Shown here: positions 39,977-54,834 of the stretch, piece after piece
How positions within the stretch are numbered: position 1 is the first letter of the stretch
Layout of the letters: every line of letters begins with the position of its first letter
NCBI RefSeq assembly: GCF_009914755.1
Contig: NC_060926.1
Strand: one strand, 5' to 3'
DNA length: 64,000 bases
Source: the human T2T-CHM13v2.0 reference genome, Homo sapiens
Translations under genes and position numbers: made by a program
The notes under the pieces: generated by a model
What the model was told of the DNA's origin: nothing
What the model saw: the letters and a program-made list of their open reading frames with translations, nothing else
Databases searched by the model: none

Positions 39977-41869
39977 ACTGCATAGTACTATATGATCTTT
40001 TATATATATAGTTTAAGTTGACACAGAAAAATATGTATTATAAATAGGAATTGGCTTATGTGATTATGGAGGCTGACAAGTCCCAGGATCTGTGGTGCTG
40101 GAGATCCAGCAAGAGCTGATGTTTCCAGTGGAGTCTGAACGCAGGAAAAGCCATGTCGCAGCTCAAAGACATCAGCAGGAGGAATTCCCTCTTAGCCTTT
40201 TTGCTCTTTTCAGACCTTCAGTGAATTAGACGGGGCCACCAACGCTGGGGAGGGCAATCTGCTTTCTTCAGTCTACTGATTCAAATGTTCATCTCATCCA
40301 GAAACACCCTCGTAGACACACCCAGAATAACATTTGACCAAATGCCTGGGCACCCTGTGGCCCAGTCAAATTGACAAATAAAATGAACCATCACAGGCAG
40401 GAAGGCCCAGAGAAAAAAAATCTGTTCAGGGAATGGCTAACTGAGGAATAGCAAGGCCGGAATGTGGATTGCAAAGAGGACATGAGTGAAAGAAAACTCC
40501 AGAATGTAGTTGAGTCTGCCTGAAGCAGGTCATGGAGAAAACGTCTCTGGCCACACGTGGAGGACAAGGAGACCAGCTGGGAAGCGGCCTCAGCCATCTA
40601 GCCAGGTGGGAAGGGACGCTGGAACTGGGGCCTGCCTAGTGGGTCATTGCCTCCCTGTGCTGGAGAGGCAGGTGGAGGGGCAGGCACGCATGACGACACC
40701 AGAGAGGGTGGGCACAACTGACCTCTTGGCCTCACCCCACCTCTACTCTCTATTCACACCAGATAGAGGCATGGGCCCAAGAGGGCCCGAGGCTGCTGGT
40801 TTCCCTACAGGGCAGCTGAACATCCCAGCATCCCTGGCTACAGTGCCTTCTGGGAGCACCATGTGCTGTGAGCTCTCCAGAATTTTGGAACTCTGGAATT
40901 CTGTCCCCCAGCAAGCCAGAGCAGCAGCCAGGCTGGCATGAGAAATTGAAAGAAGTCATGGAAGGTGTCCTCGGAGGGGCCTGTTCCCCTCAGACTGTCA
41001 TATGCACAAAGCGCAGTCATAGTCTGCTGCACTGAGACCCCCTGAGGGGGAACAGCCCATACTGGGAGCTGGGCTTTTCTACATCAATATCTGAATGTAT
41101 TAAATAATGGTGAAGGTGTGTTTAAAATAATACCACTACATAAAGAATAAATAAAATAAAATAATATCACTATTTCAATAGCACTTTATATTTTATAAGG
41201 CAGCTTGCACGTATATCATCATGCAATCCTCACCCAACCCCTATATGTGCAGGGCAGGACCAGTTTAGAGAGGTTAGGTGGCTGACCCAAGGTCATCGGC
41301 TGTTAAGTGATGGAACCACTGATTTAAACCTCCCAACACCAAAGACAGAAACAACAAGAAGCATCTCCTCTACTGAGGGTCGGTAGGCAGAGAAAGACCC
41401 TGGGAGTTGGCTTCCAAGCTCTTCCATTCATGAGTCCCCACATCCAGCTTCCAAGAGCCCAAAGTGCCACAGGAGGGCACAGTGTGGGGTGTTCTGGCCA
41501 CACCATCACAGGACACCAGCCTCCTCCCTGACTCTGCATGGGGCCTTTGCAGTACATTGTATCTATACTGTGAATTCCATTTCCTGGCTCATACAAATAT
41601 CCGGGAAAGCTTCTGAACACACATGCTCACCTTCCCACACTTCCCTGGTACAGGAAGTGATACGTCCCGGGAAAACAAGAACAAATACCCAGGAGCTCCC
41701 AAAGGGCTCCACTCAGAACTGGGCCCACTCCTGTGGGGCCTTCATCAGCACCCATGGCCCCCAAGCAAGCCCCCGCTTCACTTTCTGACTAGAATTTATT
41801 CAACCTAGAGGGAATGTGTTTCAAAAGTATGATGCCACAAACAGAAAACACAAACGTTATCCCGTTTAA

Positions 41870-42300
41870 AGTTTTATTTTTAATTAACAAATAATATCTG
41901 TATATATTTATGGGGTACAATGCGATGTTTTGTTACATGTAGACACTGTGGAATGATCAAATCAGGCTAATTAACATTTTCATTTCCTTAAATATTTATT
42001 TATGGTGAGAACATTTAAAAGTCTCTGTTCTGGCTATTTTGAAATATGCAATATATTTTTATTACTAACTATAGTTATTCCTCCTGTCTAACTGACTTTG
42101 TACTCTTTGACCAACATCTCCCCCAGCCTCTGGTAACCACCATTCTACTCTCTACTTCTCTGAGTTTGACTTTTTTTAGGCTTCACATATAAACGAGATC
42201 ATTATTCAGCCTTAAAGGAGCAGGAAATTAAGTGATTTGTGACAACATGGATGGATATTATGCTAAGCGAAATAAGCCAGGCACAGAAAGACTAAGACAT
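41870..42300 (-). mobile_element. L1MA-like 3' fragment with 5' inversion
   Basis: 41870-42203 is a reverse L1MA 3' end; 42204-42300 (attcagccttaaa...aaataagccaggcacagaaagac) is upstream L1 sequence in forward orientation. Confidence 0.78.
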
Positions 42301-44579
42301 AATCTTTTCAACAGAAACTGTCTCGTTAAGTCTGCCAAACCCCTGGCCAAGACCATTGCTTAAATAATCTGGCATCAAAAACTAAAGCTCGATGGCACAT
42401 CCGTTAAGTTGCTTAATTTCTCTCCTCCCACCATGCTTCAAGGAGAAATCTTGAATCTCCTTTTCTCCTTCCTTCCCTGGGACTGTTTTTACTCCCTCTC
42501 ACTTCAAGCAGATTATCTGGCTCTGAAATCCTGGTGTATCCCTCCCTTCTGTTAGGATTTAAAGCTGTTGTACATTCCCACTCATGCTTTTGTCTCTCTC
42601 CCTTCTTTCCTGAGCTTGGTACTACTAGTTCTCTCTTACTGTCCCAATTGTCTTCTTTTTCACCCTGAAAATGAGAAACTCTTTATCCCTTTGATACAGC
42701 TTCTATCCTACCATGAACTGTGTCTGATCCTGAAGAGAACGTCTCAAATTTACCCTGTAATAAATCAGCTAACACCCAGGAAGAATACTTACTATGTGTC
42801 ATAACTATTTACATTTAATATTCACAATAATAGGTACCAATATTACCTTTCCATAATTGGGGGTATGTAGGCACAGAAATAACAGGTCCCAAGTCCTGTG
42901 TCTGATATCACACAGCTTGTCAATGCTGGAGCTGGGATTAGAACTCCGGCAGCCAGCTCCAGCCCCCATGTTCTTTGCCATTAGGCAGCACGGCCTTATC
43001 ACAGCCTCACTGCCATTTTCTTGGACCATCTTCAAAGACTCACTATCTGTGCATTTCCTGTCATTTTCCTCAGCCAACTTCTTTCTTTGCTTCGGGCTAT
43101 TCCTCCTTCAAAGGATGTCTGCACTCCCTTCACCATCAGCCCCTCTACTCTTCACTCTCCTTGCTGAGAAACCCTTCTCCTCCCAGCAGTGAGCTTATTC
43201 CTAACAGCCAGGGCCAAAAAAGGAGGTATTCTGCAGCTGGATTCCTGCAAGAAGGCGGGGATGTGCTGCCAGGTTAACGTAGAAGAAGGTCAGAGTAGAA
43301 AACAGCGATGTAAATTCTTATTTAAAGAGGATATCATGAATCTATCCATCCAACGTTGGAAGCTTCAGCATAACATGCCACTGCCCCATGGACATCCCTC
43401 CTGGGTCCAGCTAGTGACACAGAGGTCCCAAATAGCCCACTCCAACCTTAAAGAACTGCAACTTCTAGATATGTCCTTCTTATATTGATCAAGAATCTGT
43501 CTCCTGGTAATATCTCCCTTTTGGATCTGGTTATGCCCCCATGGCCATTTGGTACTAGTCTAATCTTTCTCTTTCATAGTCTTCAAATATTTAGTGGCAG
43601 CTATTATAATATTTCCCAGATCTTCCAACCCCTGGTACCATCACTGAGATTTGCACCTCCGAAAAATTAACACACAGGAGTGTGAAACAGGTAGCAAAGG
43701 GTCTAACTGTTCTAGACCAACTGAAGTCAGATGGGTTCATCAAGGAATTCAAACACAGTGGAGACCCTGCCATATGTGTGCTATGAAAAGGGAGATATCA
43801 CCCAGCATAGAGGCTACCTTTTATATCAACGTCTCATGGACAGATGTTGTTCTGTGAAAATGCTGTGCCTATGGTAATGCCTGCCATTCACTGGGCACTT
43901 ACTATGCACCAGGCTCTACACCATATTTTATCAGGAGGAGAACCCTCTTCTCCTCACCCACCAGATCATATTTCCATGGAAGAGTTATCTCCTAAGAAAA
44001 TAAAATATGGTGTGGAGCCTGGCACAGTCAGTGCAGGAGAACACGTAAAACCCTATCCAGGGCATTGCTGTGAGTGTCGTAAACACTTCCAGTGTTTCTT
44101 TCCATCCTTTCATGCTCCTCCCCAAGAGAGGCAAAACTATTCTCACCGGTTGGAGCCACACATGTTTTGCTGGTGAGCAGGACTCCTGTGTGGTAAAGCC
44201 ATGGCCTAGCCCTCTAGTCTGCACTTCCACTGTCCAGGTGGAACAGGTTGTCCTGTTCTATTTGTCCCTAGGTAGTAAGCACACACTAGGCTTACTTTCT
44301 AGAAGCAAGCCTATCTCACCCAAGCGGCTGTTTGAATATGTAGATCTGGGGTCTGTGCCACCATCTCTCCCTAAACCCTGAGTGTTCTGGTCCCTTAGTT
44401 TAGAGCTGAAGTGGGGATATAGGAAGCTCCACTTCATCCTCAGGCAATTCCACGTTGTCCAACTCAGCTTTTACCCAAAGCCTTTCCTTAGGATTAGAGG
44501 AGCTTGCTTGTCTCAGGTCATGAAATTAATAAAAGTATTATTCGTTTCCCATTTGTTTGCAGATTCTTGTATGTGTTTC

Positions 44580-44613
44580 TGTATTGGTCAGGGTTCTACA
44601 GAAAAATATCACC

Positions 44614-44662
<49 letters not shown>

Positions 44663-45039
44663 CACAGAAATTGAGAGGACAGATTGATTGATTGGCTGAT
44701 TGATTTCTAGGAAATTGGCTCATGTGATTATGGAGGTACAAATCCAAAATCCTCAAAGTAGCCTGGAGACCCAGGGAAGAGCTGCAGTTGAAGTCCTAAG
44801 GTGGTCTGCTGGCAGAATTCCTTCTTGCTTGGAGAGGTCAGTTTTGTTCTTTTAAGACCTTCAACTGATCGGATGAGGCCTACGTACATTATGGAAGGCA
44901 GCCTGCTTTACGCAAAGTCTGCCAATGTAAATGTTAGTCTCATCCAAAAGACACCTTCACAGAAACAGCAGAATAATATTTGACCAAATATCTGGACATT
45001 GTGGTTTGGCCACATTGACATATAAAATTAACCATCACA
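44580..45039 (-). mobile_element. ERVL MLT2-family solo LTR
   Basis: tgtattggtcagggttct...ggaaattggctcatgtgattatggagg...ttgacatataaaattaaccatcaca. Confidence 0.88.
44617..44658. repeat. (TG)21 microsatellite inside the MLT2 LTR
   Basis: 21 perfect TG units. Confidence 0.97.
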
Positions 45040-45639
45040 TCTCCCCTTATTAGAATCCCAGAGGGAACTAGTGAGTGAGGGGTACCTAAAGTGAATTCTA
45101 ACCCCCACAAACTTAAGATATAGTAAGAAACTATATCCCCAATTTTCAAATGAGGAAAGTGAGGCACAGGGAGGATAAATGATTTGCCCAAGTTCACACA
45201 ACTGATGTCTGTCTCAAAGCCTGTACTGTCTTCCCTCTTTTCAACAGACCTAGTTTTAAGTAGCTGTGGGGCCCTGGAGTTCTCGTCTCCATGTAGCCAG
45301 GCTATCTCCAGGACCACAGCCAGCTCTGGCTACCTGATACCCCTCAGAGTGCCCTTGCTTTCCACTAGCTGGAAGCTTCTGTTATCTAGCACCACGGCAA
45401 ACCAGATACTCCCAGGGGACTCTTCATGCTAAACCATAACTAGATTCTACAAGGGTTCTGATGCATTTCTGGTCTTTCTAGAAGGAAAATCTTCAACATG
45501 AAAGAAGGAGTGAAGCCAGGAAAAAAATACAGGATGCGGAAACTAGAGGTAGGGTAGTTGAATGATAAGCAGAGGTAAAATGTGAGGCTGCCCTCAGGGT
45601 AAAGGTCACTGAGAAAATAAACCGTGGCTCCCAAAAGGT

Positions 45640-46160
45640 GGAAAAGCTAAACCTGAGTCTTCTGTAATTAAGCCCAAGAAGGGGACAAAGTGGTCCAGAT
45701 CAGTTGTACCCTGGCTCCCAGAAGAAGCAAATGTAAGTCCTATGTGGAGGAAAACATCTCCAATTTAGGACCCCAGAATTCCCACAAAGCTCATCAAAAG
45801 ATGAAACCACAATACAAAATTACCAGACACACAAGGAAACAAGTCACTATAAGACAAGACAAGTCTACAATGTAAGAATCAGTGGAAACTATAAACAGAT
45901 TTAGATGCTCCAAGGACTCTGGATACAGGAATACTAGATATAGAATAAGGCATAACTGTAGATAAAATGTTTAAAATATGGTATAATGTAACAAAACTAT
46001 ACTTGTACTCCCCAAATGTATACAAATAAAAATAAGTAAAATAAAATATGGAATAAAAATTAGTAAAGAACAAAAGACAAAAAATGGCTGGGTCGATTTG
46101 AAAAAGAACCAAATCAAACTTTCAGAAATGAAATAATAATGATGGAAAGTCAATATCAAA
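45640..46160 (+). mobile_element. Old L1 5'/ORF1-region fragment
   Basis: aaaattaccagacacacaaggaaacaag...gatttgaaaaagaaccaaatcaaactttcagaaatgaaa. Confidence 0.65.
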
Positions 46161-46331
46161 CAGGCCCAAGAAAATTGTTTATAATCTGCGAAGCATTTTC
46201 ACTTGAATATCTCGTTTTTACTACCCCTATGAAGTAGCCAGGCTGGTTATACTGTTACCACTTCACAGATGAAAAAACTGAGGCTCAAAGAAACAAAGGG
46301 GCTTCTTCAAATCATATAAACAGTGAATTCA

Positions 46332-46632
<301 letters not shown>

Positions 46633-49600
46633 TCACTACTGAGATTCTAATCCAAGACTTTTCATTTCAAAACTGTGTTCCTTCCATATCACCAGATGCT
46701 CCAGTCAGCCACAAGACCACTCTTCCCCACTGTCAGCTAGTCATAAAAATACAAAAGTATCTGCTTACCCCTATACCTTTCTGTTGTCCAGCCAGTTAGG
46801 GAGTGACTATATTTTTCCAAGGGCCAGCCAAGAGAGGGAGACGGTGCAACATAATCCCCAGTGAAATGCTAACATATCACCATATGCTCCCATATCATAC
46901 TGCTAATATAACTCCCACCTGCAGAGAATGGATGGTCTGGGAAGAGGATGACTGTCAGTGGCAGACATTCCCCACAGCGTGCAGAACAAGTTCCAGTGAG
47001 GAAGGAGGGGCACCCAGCCCTTCGCTTGCCTGGGCTCATGCAAAGGAAAGAGCTGGAAAATCCTTTCCCCTCACCGAGGGACCCCACATCAATTATGGAT
47101 TATTAGATAAGATCTTCATTTTAATATTTCCTCCATGTATTATCACCTTCTTCCTCTCACTGGAATTCTGTCTTGGGAGTTATTTAACTGATGTGCAGAA
47201 ATCTAAATTTAATTTATTATGCTCTAACTCACTTTAGAAGCCAAATTACCCTGCACTGGAGAAGGATCAAGTCAATATCCCACTTGGCTTTCTATTTATC
47301 TTCTGTGGGGGTTTCTCTCCTTCTCTTTAGTATTCATTTTTATCTCAGGTACTGGTAATAAATTTAAATTTTCCTCAGAATTAAGCAATTGCTCCTTCAA
47401 TGTTGTAGTTTAATGGTTAGTATTAATTATATGAAAGGCACTCCTTAAATAGTTTGATAGATAGAATGGACATATAATAGAGGAAGAAAGGGCAATTTCT
47501 CGCACCAAATGAGGTAGCACATAATTCAGCAGGGATGAGTTTACTTTTCTGTTCTACCTCCTCCTGTCCCTTTTCCCCACTTTCCTCCTCACCCTCCTCC
47601 CTCAACAGCCAGGTGCCTAGAAAATAAGTCTGCTAAGAGTTGCTCTGCTGTGGCATCTCTGAGCCCCCGGAGGGTCTGCCAGCCAGGCCAAGCCTGGATC
47701 CCTCTTTAGTGTGGGAGTCTTTTTCCATTTGATTTCTCTCTCATTTAGTCTCTGACAACAAAAGCAACCACTGCCCATCTCTCTCCTCCCCACCACTTCG
47801 CCCATAAACACTCTCCCCACCCATGTCTCAATTGCGCTCCACATGCATTACAACTTTGGGGGAAGCTTCCAGCTTTCTGGAAGAAGAAAAGTTCCAATAA
47901 TTATTATAATTGCCTAAAAATTCCAACAGTGAAACATAATATGATTAACTGAATGGACAGAAGCCCGGTTTTTGTTTCTGGAATAGAAAAAGAAACTCAC
48001 ATATTTGGACCTTCTATGGAGATTAATTTACTTACAAATTAGCACGAGAAGGAGGTGCCAGGGAAGTCTAAGTCAGCATGACTGGGGAAGCGGGCCTGGC
48101 TCCCAGGCACGTGCCAGGAAGCGTGAGCTCTAATGCTGATGTATCTGCTTCCTTCTTATCAACACCCTGTAAATTCCACCACCAAAGCCTGAACCCAAAA
48201 CTCCCTTATGTCGATGGGCATCCTGGATTGCTAGTCACTTGTCTGAAGAACACATCCCAATTGCCGGTGGACATGAGGACTGAGAGAGCTGGTCCTACCC
48301 ACACGCTTTATTTCTGCATCCCCTTCTCTTTGTGTTCAGAGACCAGAGCGGCAAGCTGGTCACTGGAACAGGAGAAGAGTCTGTGTCCTCCAGCTCTGGT
48401 ACCCAGGGAGCAGGTGATCTAGGAGGCAGGGAGCCAGGTATCCACAGGGGACTCAGGAAAAAAAGGATTTGGTGGACTGGGTGGAAGCACAGGAGGGTGA
48501 ATTTGCCTATAACCAGGAGGCCAATACTGGAAGAGAACAGGCACTGAGAACAGGAACCAGTACCCAGGAGAGTCCAAGGGGAGGGATTGGATGTAGGTAG
48601 AGCAAAGCTGGAAGTGACTCAGAGAGGGCAGCTTCAGCTGGATGGAGCTGGATAGAGCTGGATGCTGAAACATGCTGTCTCTGGTGTGCACAGTTGAGCC
48701 ATCTTGGATGCAGGGTCAACTCATCAGACAGAGGGCAGGTCTGCAAGGGTGAGGCTGCAGCCATCTCTCAGAGACAGCAATATCAGAGAAAGGAGGCCAA
48801 ATCCTCCCAGGGTGGCCCCACAATGTGGCCAGAGCAGCCTCCAACAGGACAGGGAGGGGCCGAGTCAGATGCCCACCCCACTGAAAACCACTAGGAGGAA
48901 AATAACCCTAAAAATAAGATTTGGATTTATCAGGGACAGAGCAGCTCTCCCTCCAAAAGCCAGGCTTCTCTCCCCTCCTTAGCTCACTGCAAAGGACTGG
49001 AACATATCTTAAGGCACCATCAGAAAGCTCTCTAGCCATAAGAAATAGCTACAGGGAAAAGCAATTTTCAAGAGGCCCTCTGAACCAAGGTATCTAGCAG
49101 GGGTCATGAATGAGCAGACCTGGAGTCACTGAGAAATGTGAGCGAGAGTGGATGGCTTGTAGGTGCCGCACAATACCTGCCTAGTTACACTGCTTTAAAC
49201 CTGCTCTTGGGCAAAACAAAACATGCCCATGGGCTGACATTGGCCTGCTGGCCACCAAATTGTGACCCCTAGGACACTAAGGGAATACAAGGAAAAGGGT
49301 AAAGAACGGAAAAGAAGGGAAGAATCAAACAATGGAAAAGTGATCATAGTAAACATTATGCATTTGTGATTTTTCTCCTTCAAGGGATCCTTTGTTGTTT
49401 TCAACCCAATTTTAGCTGGACAGAAATGCAGCCCCAAGAGCTTCTGTGTTGTGTGTGTGGGGGTGGGGAGTGGAGATGGGCTAAAAAGGGAAGCGCAGCC
49501 CCAGGGATGACTCCTCTAATTCCAGAAAGCTGGGTCCTGAGCTTGGCTCAGCTAAACATATCCTTTCTGGTCAGTTTCAGAACCTCGTGGTCAGTTTCCT

Positions 49601-50539
49601 CCTCCTCCCAAGGACAATACTAATCTTCACCCTCACCCAGCTTCATAGCCCGAATTAGGCTTCAGAAGTGAGATGAGACATGAAAAATTGCTTGGTAAAA
49701 CATAATGCATACACAACATATTATCATTACAACATAGCTGTGGTTACTATTATTTCTTTTGGTGACTGAATGCTAATGGAGGGAAAACGCAATTTACAGT
49801 CAGTCAATTTAAGTTTAGCTGCTTCTCCCTTCCCTGTGGCAGAAATGGGGTCTCTGACAGCATCCACAGATGACCGGGTGCCTCACCTCACTGTCCGTCT
49901 GTGAGAATTGGTCATTATCAATGTGAATGCTTCCTGGGACTCAGCAGGTGTTTTCTACCCAAAGCTCCATCTCACACGAGTTTGAGCACAGTGCCATGCA
50001 AATGATAAGACAAGAAAACTATTTTAAGAAGCGTAATACATAAGGTTATTATCAGCTTAGAAGGCTAGAAATTGAGCTTTGTGCTAACTTGCTTTTTATG
50101 CACGTGGAGAGTGGGGGCTGGAGCCAGCACAGAAGCTGTGCAGGGTGATTCTGGAGAGAGACTTGGGTGAGATTAGAAGCCTGGACCTGCCTGAGACCCC
50201 ATACTCCGAGGAACCTGGACTTCAGAGCTTCCTGCTTGACTTCTGGTCCCTTCTCCTCGTCTGAACTTAGTCCCGAAGGGACTTCTCCATGCCTCCCAGG
50301 ACTTTGGCTCCATGGGCTGGAATGGCCGGTCCAACAGTCACACTCACGAGGAATGTGTTTAGCATGGTTTGCAGCTTCCTCAAATCTCCCTCTAGGTTCT
50401 TGCCAGGCAAAGATAACCTTGAGAGAAATAAAGATGGGAAGCTGTGGGAAGCCAGGCGAAAGAACTGGCTTTAAAAAGTGACTACTTCTCACACTAGATA
50501 CAATCACCCAGAATAATGACAACGACAACTACTGCAACT

Positions 50540-50745
50540 AATAGTGGTGTAGCGTTTACTACACACCAGGCTCTATCCTAAGAATGTCCCTCGTTCTATA
50601 CTCAGAACAAACCCAAGGCAGGTGCTTCTATTAATCCCATTTTACTGAAGAGGAAACCGAGTTTCATGGTGCTAACGTGACTTGGCCAAGGTCACACAGC
50701 AAGTCAGTGGAGGTGCTGGGATGAAACCCAGGCACGCAGATTCCA
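50540..50745 (-). mobile_element. MIR SINE
   Basis: cccattttactgaagaggaaaccgag...gacttggccaaggtcacacagcaagtcagtgg...gggatgaaacccagg. Confidence 0.82.
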
Positions 50746-52267
50746 TGCACAACCTTGCAAAGTCCCTGCCATGATAGGGGATCATTCATAGAGTGAGGCT
50801 TCCAAAACCAGTGCCTGTCTGGAGATAGACCTGGGAAGGATGAAGGAGGAGGCATGGCAGGAAGCACAGTTGTACATTTTCTGCCAAGGTTATTCTGGAA
50901 CCCCCTTCCTTAATCCACGTGCCCAAAGGTGCTAAACTGGAATATGGCTAGGAAGACAGTTTCAGAGTCAAGTGCCCCTAAGCCCTGCCACTCAATCCCC
51001 AAAGGTGACATTAGCAAGAAGCTTCCAGCTTTCAGCTGAGCAGAATTTGTTCCCCTCTCTTCTACGCCTGCTAGGGGGAGGATAGATCTCCCCAGATAGT
51101 ATGTACAGCAAGGGCCCAGAGCTTAGCACATTTTCTGTCTTCTCTGTAAATAAGGTGACATCAAGATACCCTCTAGCTCTCTCAAAACTAGGTCAGCTGC
51201 TGAATATGTAGGTGTGGGATGGGAGCGAATGACTTTGAAACGACTTTATCTCGTGGGACTCTGTGGGGGCTGCTGGCTGGCTTTTAATAGAAAGGACTCT
51301 TTTTATGTCAAAAGCAGACCCCGAGTATCCAGACGCTGTGCCTGCTGAATATGGATAGGGCAGGATGGCTGCCTCAACCAAGGGCGGGTTTAGTGCTACA
51401 GGCGACGTGGCAAGTGAACATGGCAGTGGGCTGAGAAGCTGGGAGAAATCCTACATGCCTGATCTCAACACTGGCCATCTCCAAAACGCAGCAGGAACCT
51501 CGCCCAGGGAATCTTAGATGAACTATCAGAATGGGATTTATGATGCACTTGCTTATGTAAACAAGACCTACAGGGACATTTCCCTGACCTCGGGAAGCAT
51601 AAGTAATTGCTCCCCAAATGACACGCGTGTCACCAATCATTCTTGTCCATTCATCAAAGCACTGGTGGCATGATCCCTTCTGCAGGTCCATCCTGAACTG
51701 TTGGAAGGATGTAAGGTGTTAGAGTGACATTTCGAATGTCTCCCACATGAATCCAACTTCTTTACATCCACAGTGGCCTTCTTTTCGCTTTTTCAGAATT
51801 AGGTGTGCTCTTTAATCAAATCCGGTAACTGGATAGGAATCCAGATTTGCAATTCAGATGCATTGGGAACAGATTAATCATTTCACCAGAGCTGCTTTGG
51901 TTTACGTTTTACTTTATAAAAGTACTCACTGCAAGATTCCCTTAAGTTATCCGTTTCCTTAGTGCATTAAAATCAGATTCTGGAGACAAAGAAAATTGAG
52001 TATCTAAACAAATTTCCAGAGCCATATTCTGGAAATGAGATTAAAATTATCAAAACCCCTGTCACCCCTTTGCCTCTGCCTTCCTATGCCCTTGCCCTCA
52101 ACTCGCAGTGGCAGGGATCCAAAGCTCTCTGGCCCACAACCTCTGAGCAGGGCATTTCCCTCCTGCAATTTTGTTATGCTGTGAGAATGGCCAAGGTCTC
52201 AAAATAACTCTCTTCTTCCCAAGAAGAGGAAGTCAAAACCAATGGGATGAACCCCAACCCTCAGATC

Positions 52268-52581
52268 TATTTATTCATTTATATATTGGAGACAGGGTCT
52301 TGCTTTGTCACTCAGCTGGACTTCAGTAGTGCAATCATTGCTTGCTGCAGCCACAAACTCCTGGGCTCAAACAATCCTCCCGACTCAGCCTCCTGAGTAG
52401 CTGGCTGGGACTACAGGCACACGACACCATGCCTGGCTGATTTCTTTATTTTTTATGTTTTTGTAGAGGTGAGGTCTCACTATGTTGCCCAGGTTGGTCT
52501 CAAATTCCTGGCCTCAAGCAATCCTCCCATCTTAGCTTCCCAAAGTGCTGGGATTACAGGTATGAACCACTGCACCCTGCC
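52268..52581 (-). mobile_element. Alu (AluJ-like)
   Basis: gcagccacaaactcctgggctcaaacaatcctcc; TSD aaccctcagat at 52256-52266 and 52582-52592. Confidence 0.92.
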
Positions 52582-54166
52582 AACCCTCAGATTTTTCAAC
52601 ACCATCAGCTCTCTTCAGTTTCCAAGGACCAGATTCTCTCTGAGGTCCCTTCCTTCAGAACCTTAGATCTGCATGGGTGTGACATCCACGTCTCACTCAC
52701 TAAATGGCTCCCCCCAGCCTTGCTGTCTCCAGTCCTGTCAAAGAGTCACTCTCAGCACATTAAGCATTAAGGCTTTCCAGGCAGAAAAGATGACTGTACC
52801 TTCTTCTCGCCTGCCTCCAAAATCAAGGCTGGAAGAGAGGCAGCCAGCATGAGTGGTGGGAGGATGCGGTGCATAGAGAAAGTAGGTCATTAGTGGTAAA
52901 GACTACAATTTTAAAGCGGTTGTTAATGCTCTGTTTATACGGATTTCTTCAAATGTGACATTTTAATGGCATAATAATTGTGTGATTACAGTGCAGTCGA
53001 CACCGCTCCGGGAGGAAAGGCGACAGGGACTCTAGCTTCCTGCTGGGGGAGGCGGCTCCCTGCACGGGTGGCCGGGGACCATGTGGCACTGCTCAGGCCA
53101 GGATGCCAGACAAGCATGAGAAATGGCTCCCTGGAGGGCCCTCTGCTAGACAAGGGCCATAGGTTCCCAGGAAACTTGCATCTGGCTTAGCCCTTGAACA
53201 AAATCAATGCCCCGGGCTGCAGGAGGGGAGATAATGACAGCAGAACTTGCAATTCACTTCATTCATTCACTTCATGCATTCATTTATTTATTCATTATTT
53301 CTTGAGTTCTTACTGTAAACTGAGGGAAAAGGCCAATAGATATGCAGAAAGAATGAAAGAAGAACAAATGGAGGAGGCAGAGGGCAAGGAAGAGGATCTC
53401 ACATTTATTGGGCACCTACTGGATGCTCAGCACTAAGGCACAATTTGGCACATTCATCTTCCTTGGCCCTTCAGCAACATCCTACCCCCTGGAAAAGCCC
53501 CCCTTCGAGGGTCCTTGTCTCTCTGTTTCAGAATACTTTCTCCTGGGCTTCTCAGACTTTGGCATCTTCTTCATTTCCTTCTCTGGCTCCTCCCTTCCCC
53601 TGATTTCTCATTGTTGGAAGTGTGCATGGATTTAGCCCTGGTCCCTCCTCTCCACTCGTTACACTCTCCCTACAGGTGACTTCCTCCATTCCTGTGCCTT
53701 GACAACCTTCTATAGATGGAGGATTCCAATATAGTTTTCCAGCCCAGATCTCTTTTCTGAGCTCCAGAACAATATCAAAAAAACGCCTACTGGACATGCC
53801 CACTTAAGGTCTCACAAGCATCTCACCTTGCATGGATTTCAAATGGAACTCTTGATTTGCCCATTGGAACTGGTGCCTCTTCCAGGCTTTCACAAGTAAA
53901 GAAATGGCACCACCAGCCACATAGCTGCACAAGTCAGGAATCTGAGAGTTACCCTCTACAATTCCTTCTTCCTCATTCTAAATCTCACTCTAATCACTTG
54001 AACCCACACACAACTAACCCATCCCCATGTCCTGTTGGTTCTGCCTGCAAAGCATGCCTCCATCCAGCCACCCTCCTTTTCCCATCTCTACAACCATACC
54101 CAACCACCACCAACTGCATTCTGGAATACTGCATTTGATCCCTCCAATTCATTTTCCAAAGTCACC

Positions 54167-54834
<668 letters not shown>

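Larger units (their letters stand above)
39303..40395 (-). mobile_element. ERVL MLT2-family solo LTR carrying nested Tigger3 and Alu insertions
   Basis: tatattagtcagggtcctctaga...gcccagtcaaattgacaaataaaatgaaccatcaca; 5-bp TSD ggcag at 39298-39302 and 40396-40400. Confidence 0.88.

Noticed and set aside
39303-45039. Two same-orientation MLT2 LTRs as the ends of one ERVL provirus
   Set aside because: The first LTR has its own 5-bp TSD, the two are clearly diverged, and the intervening DNA shows no gag/pol.
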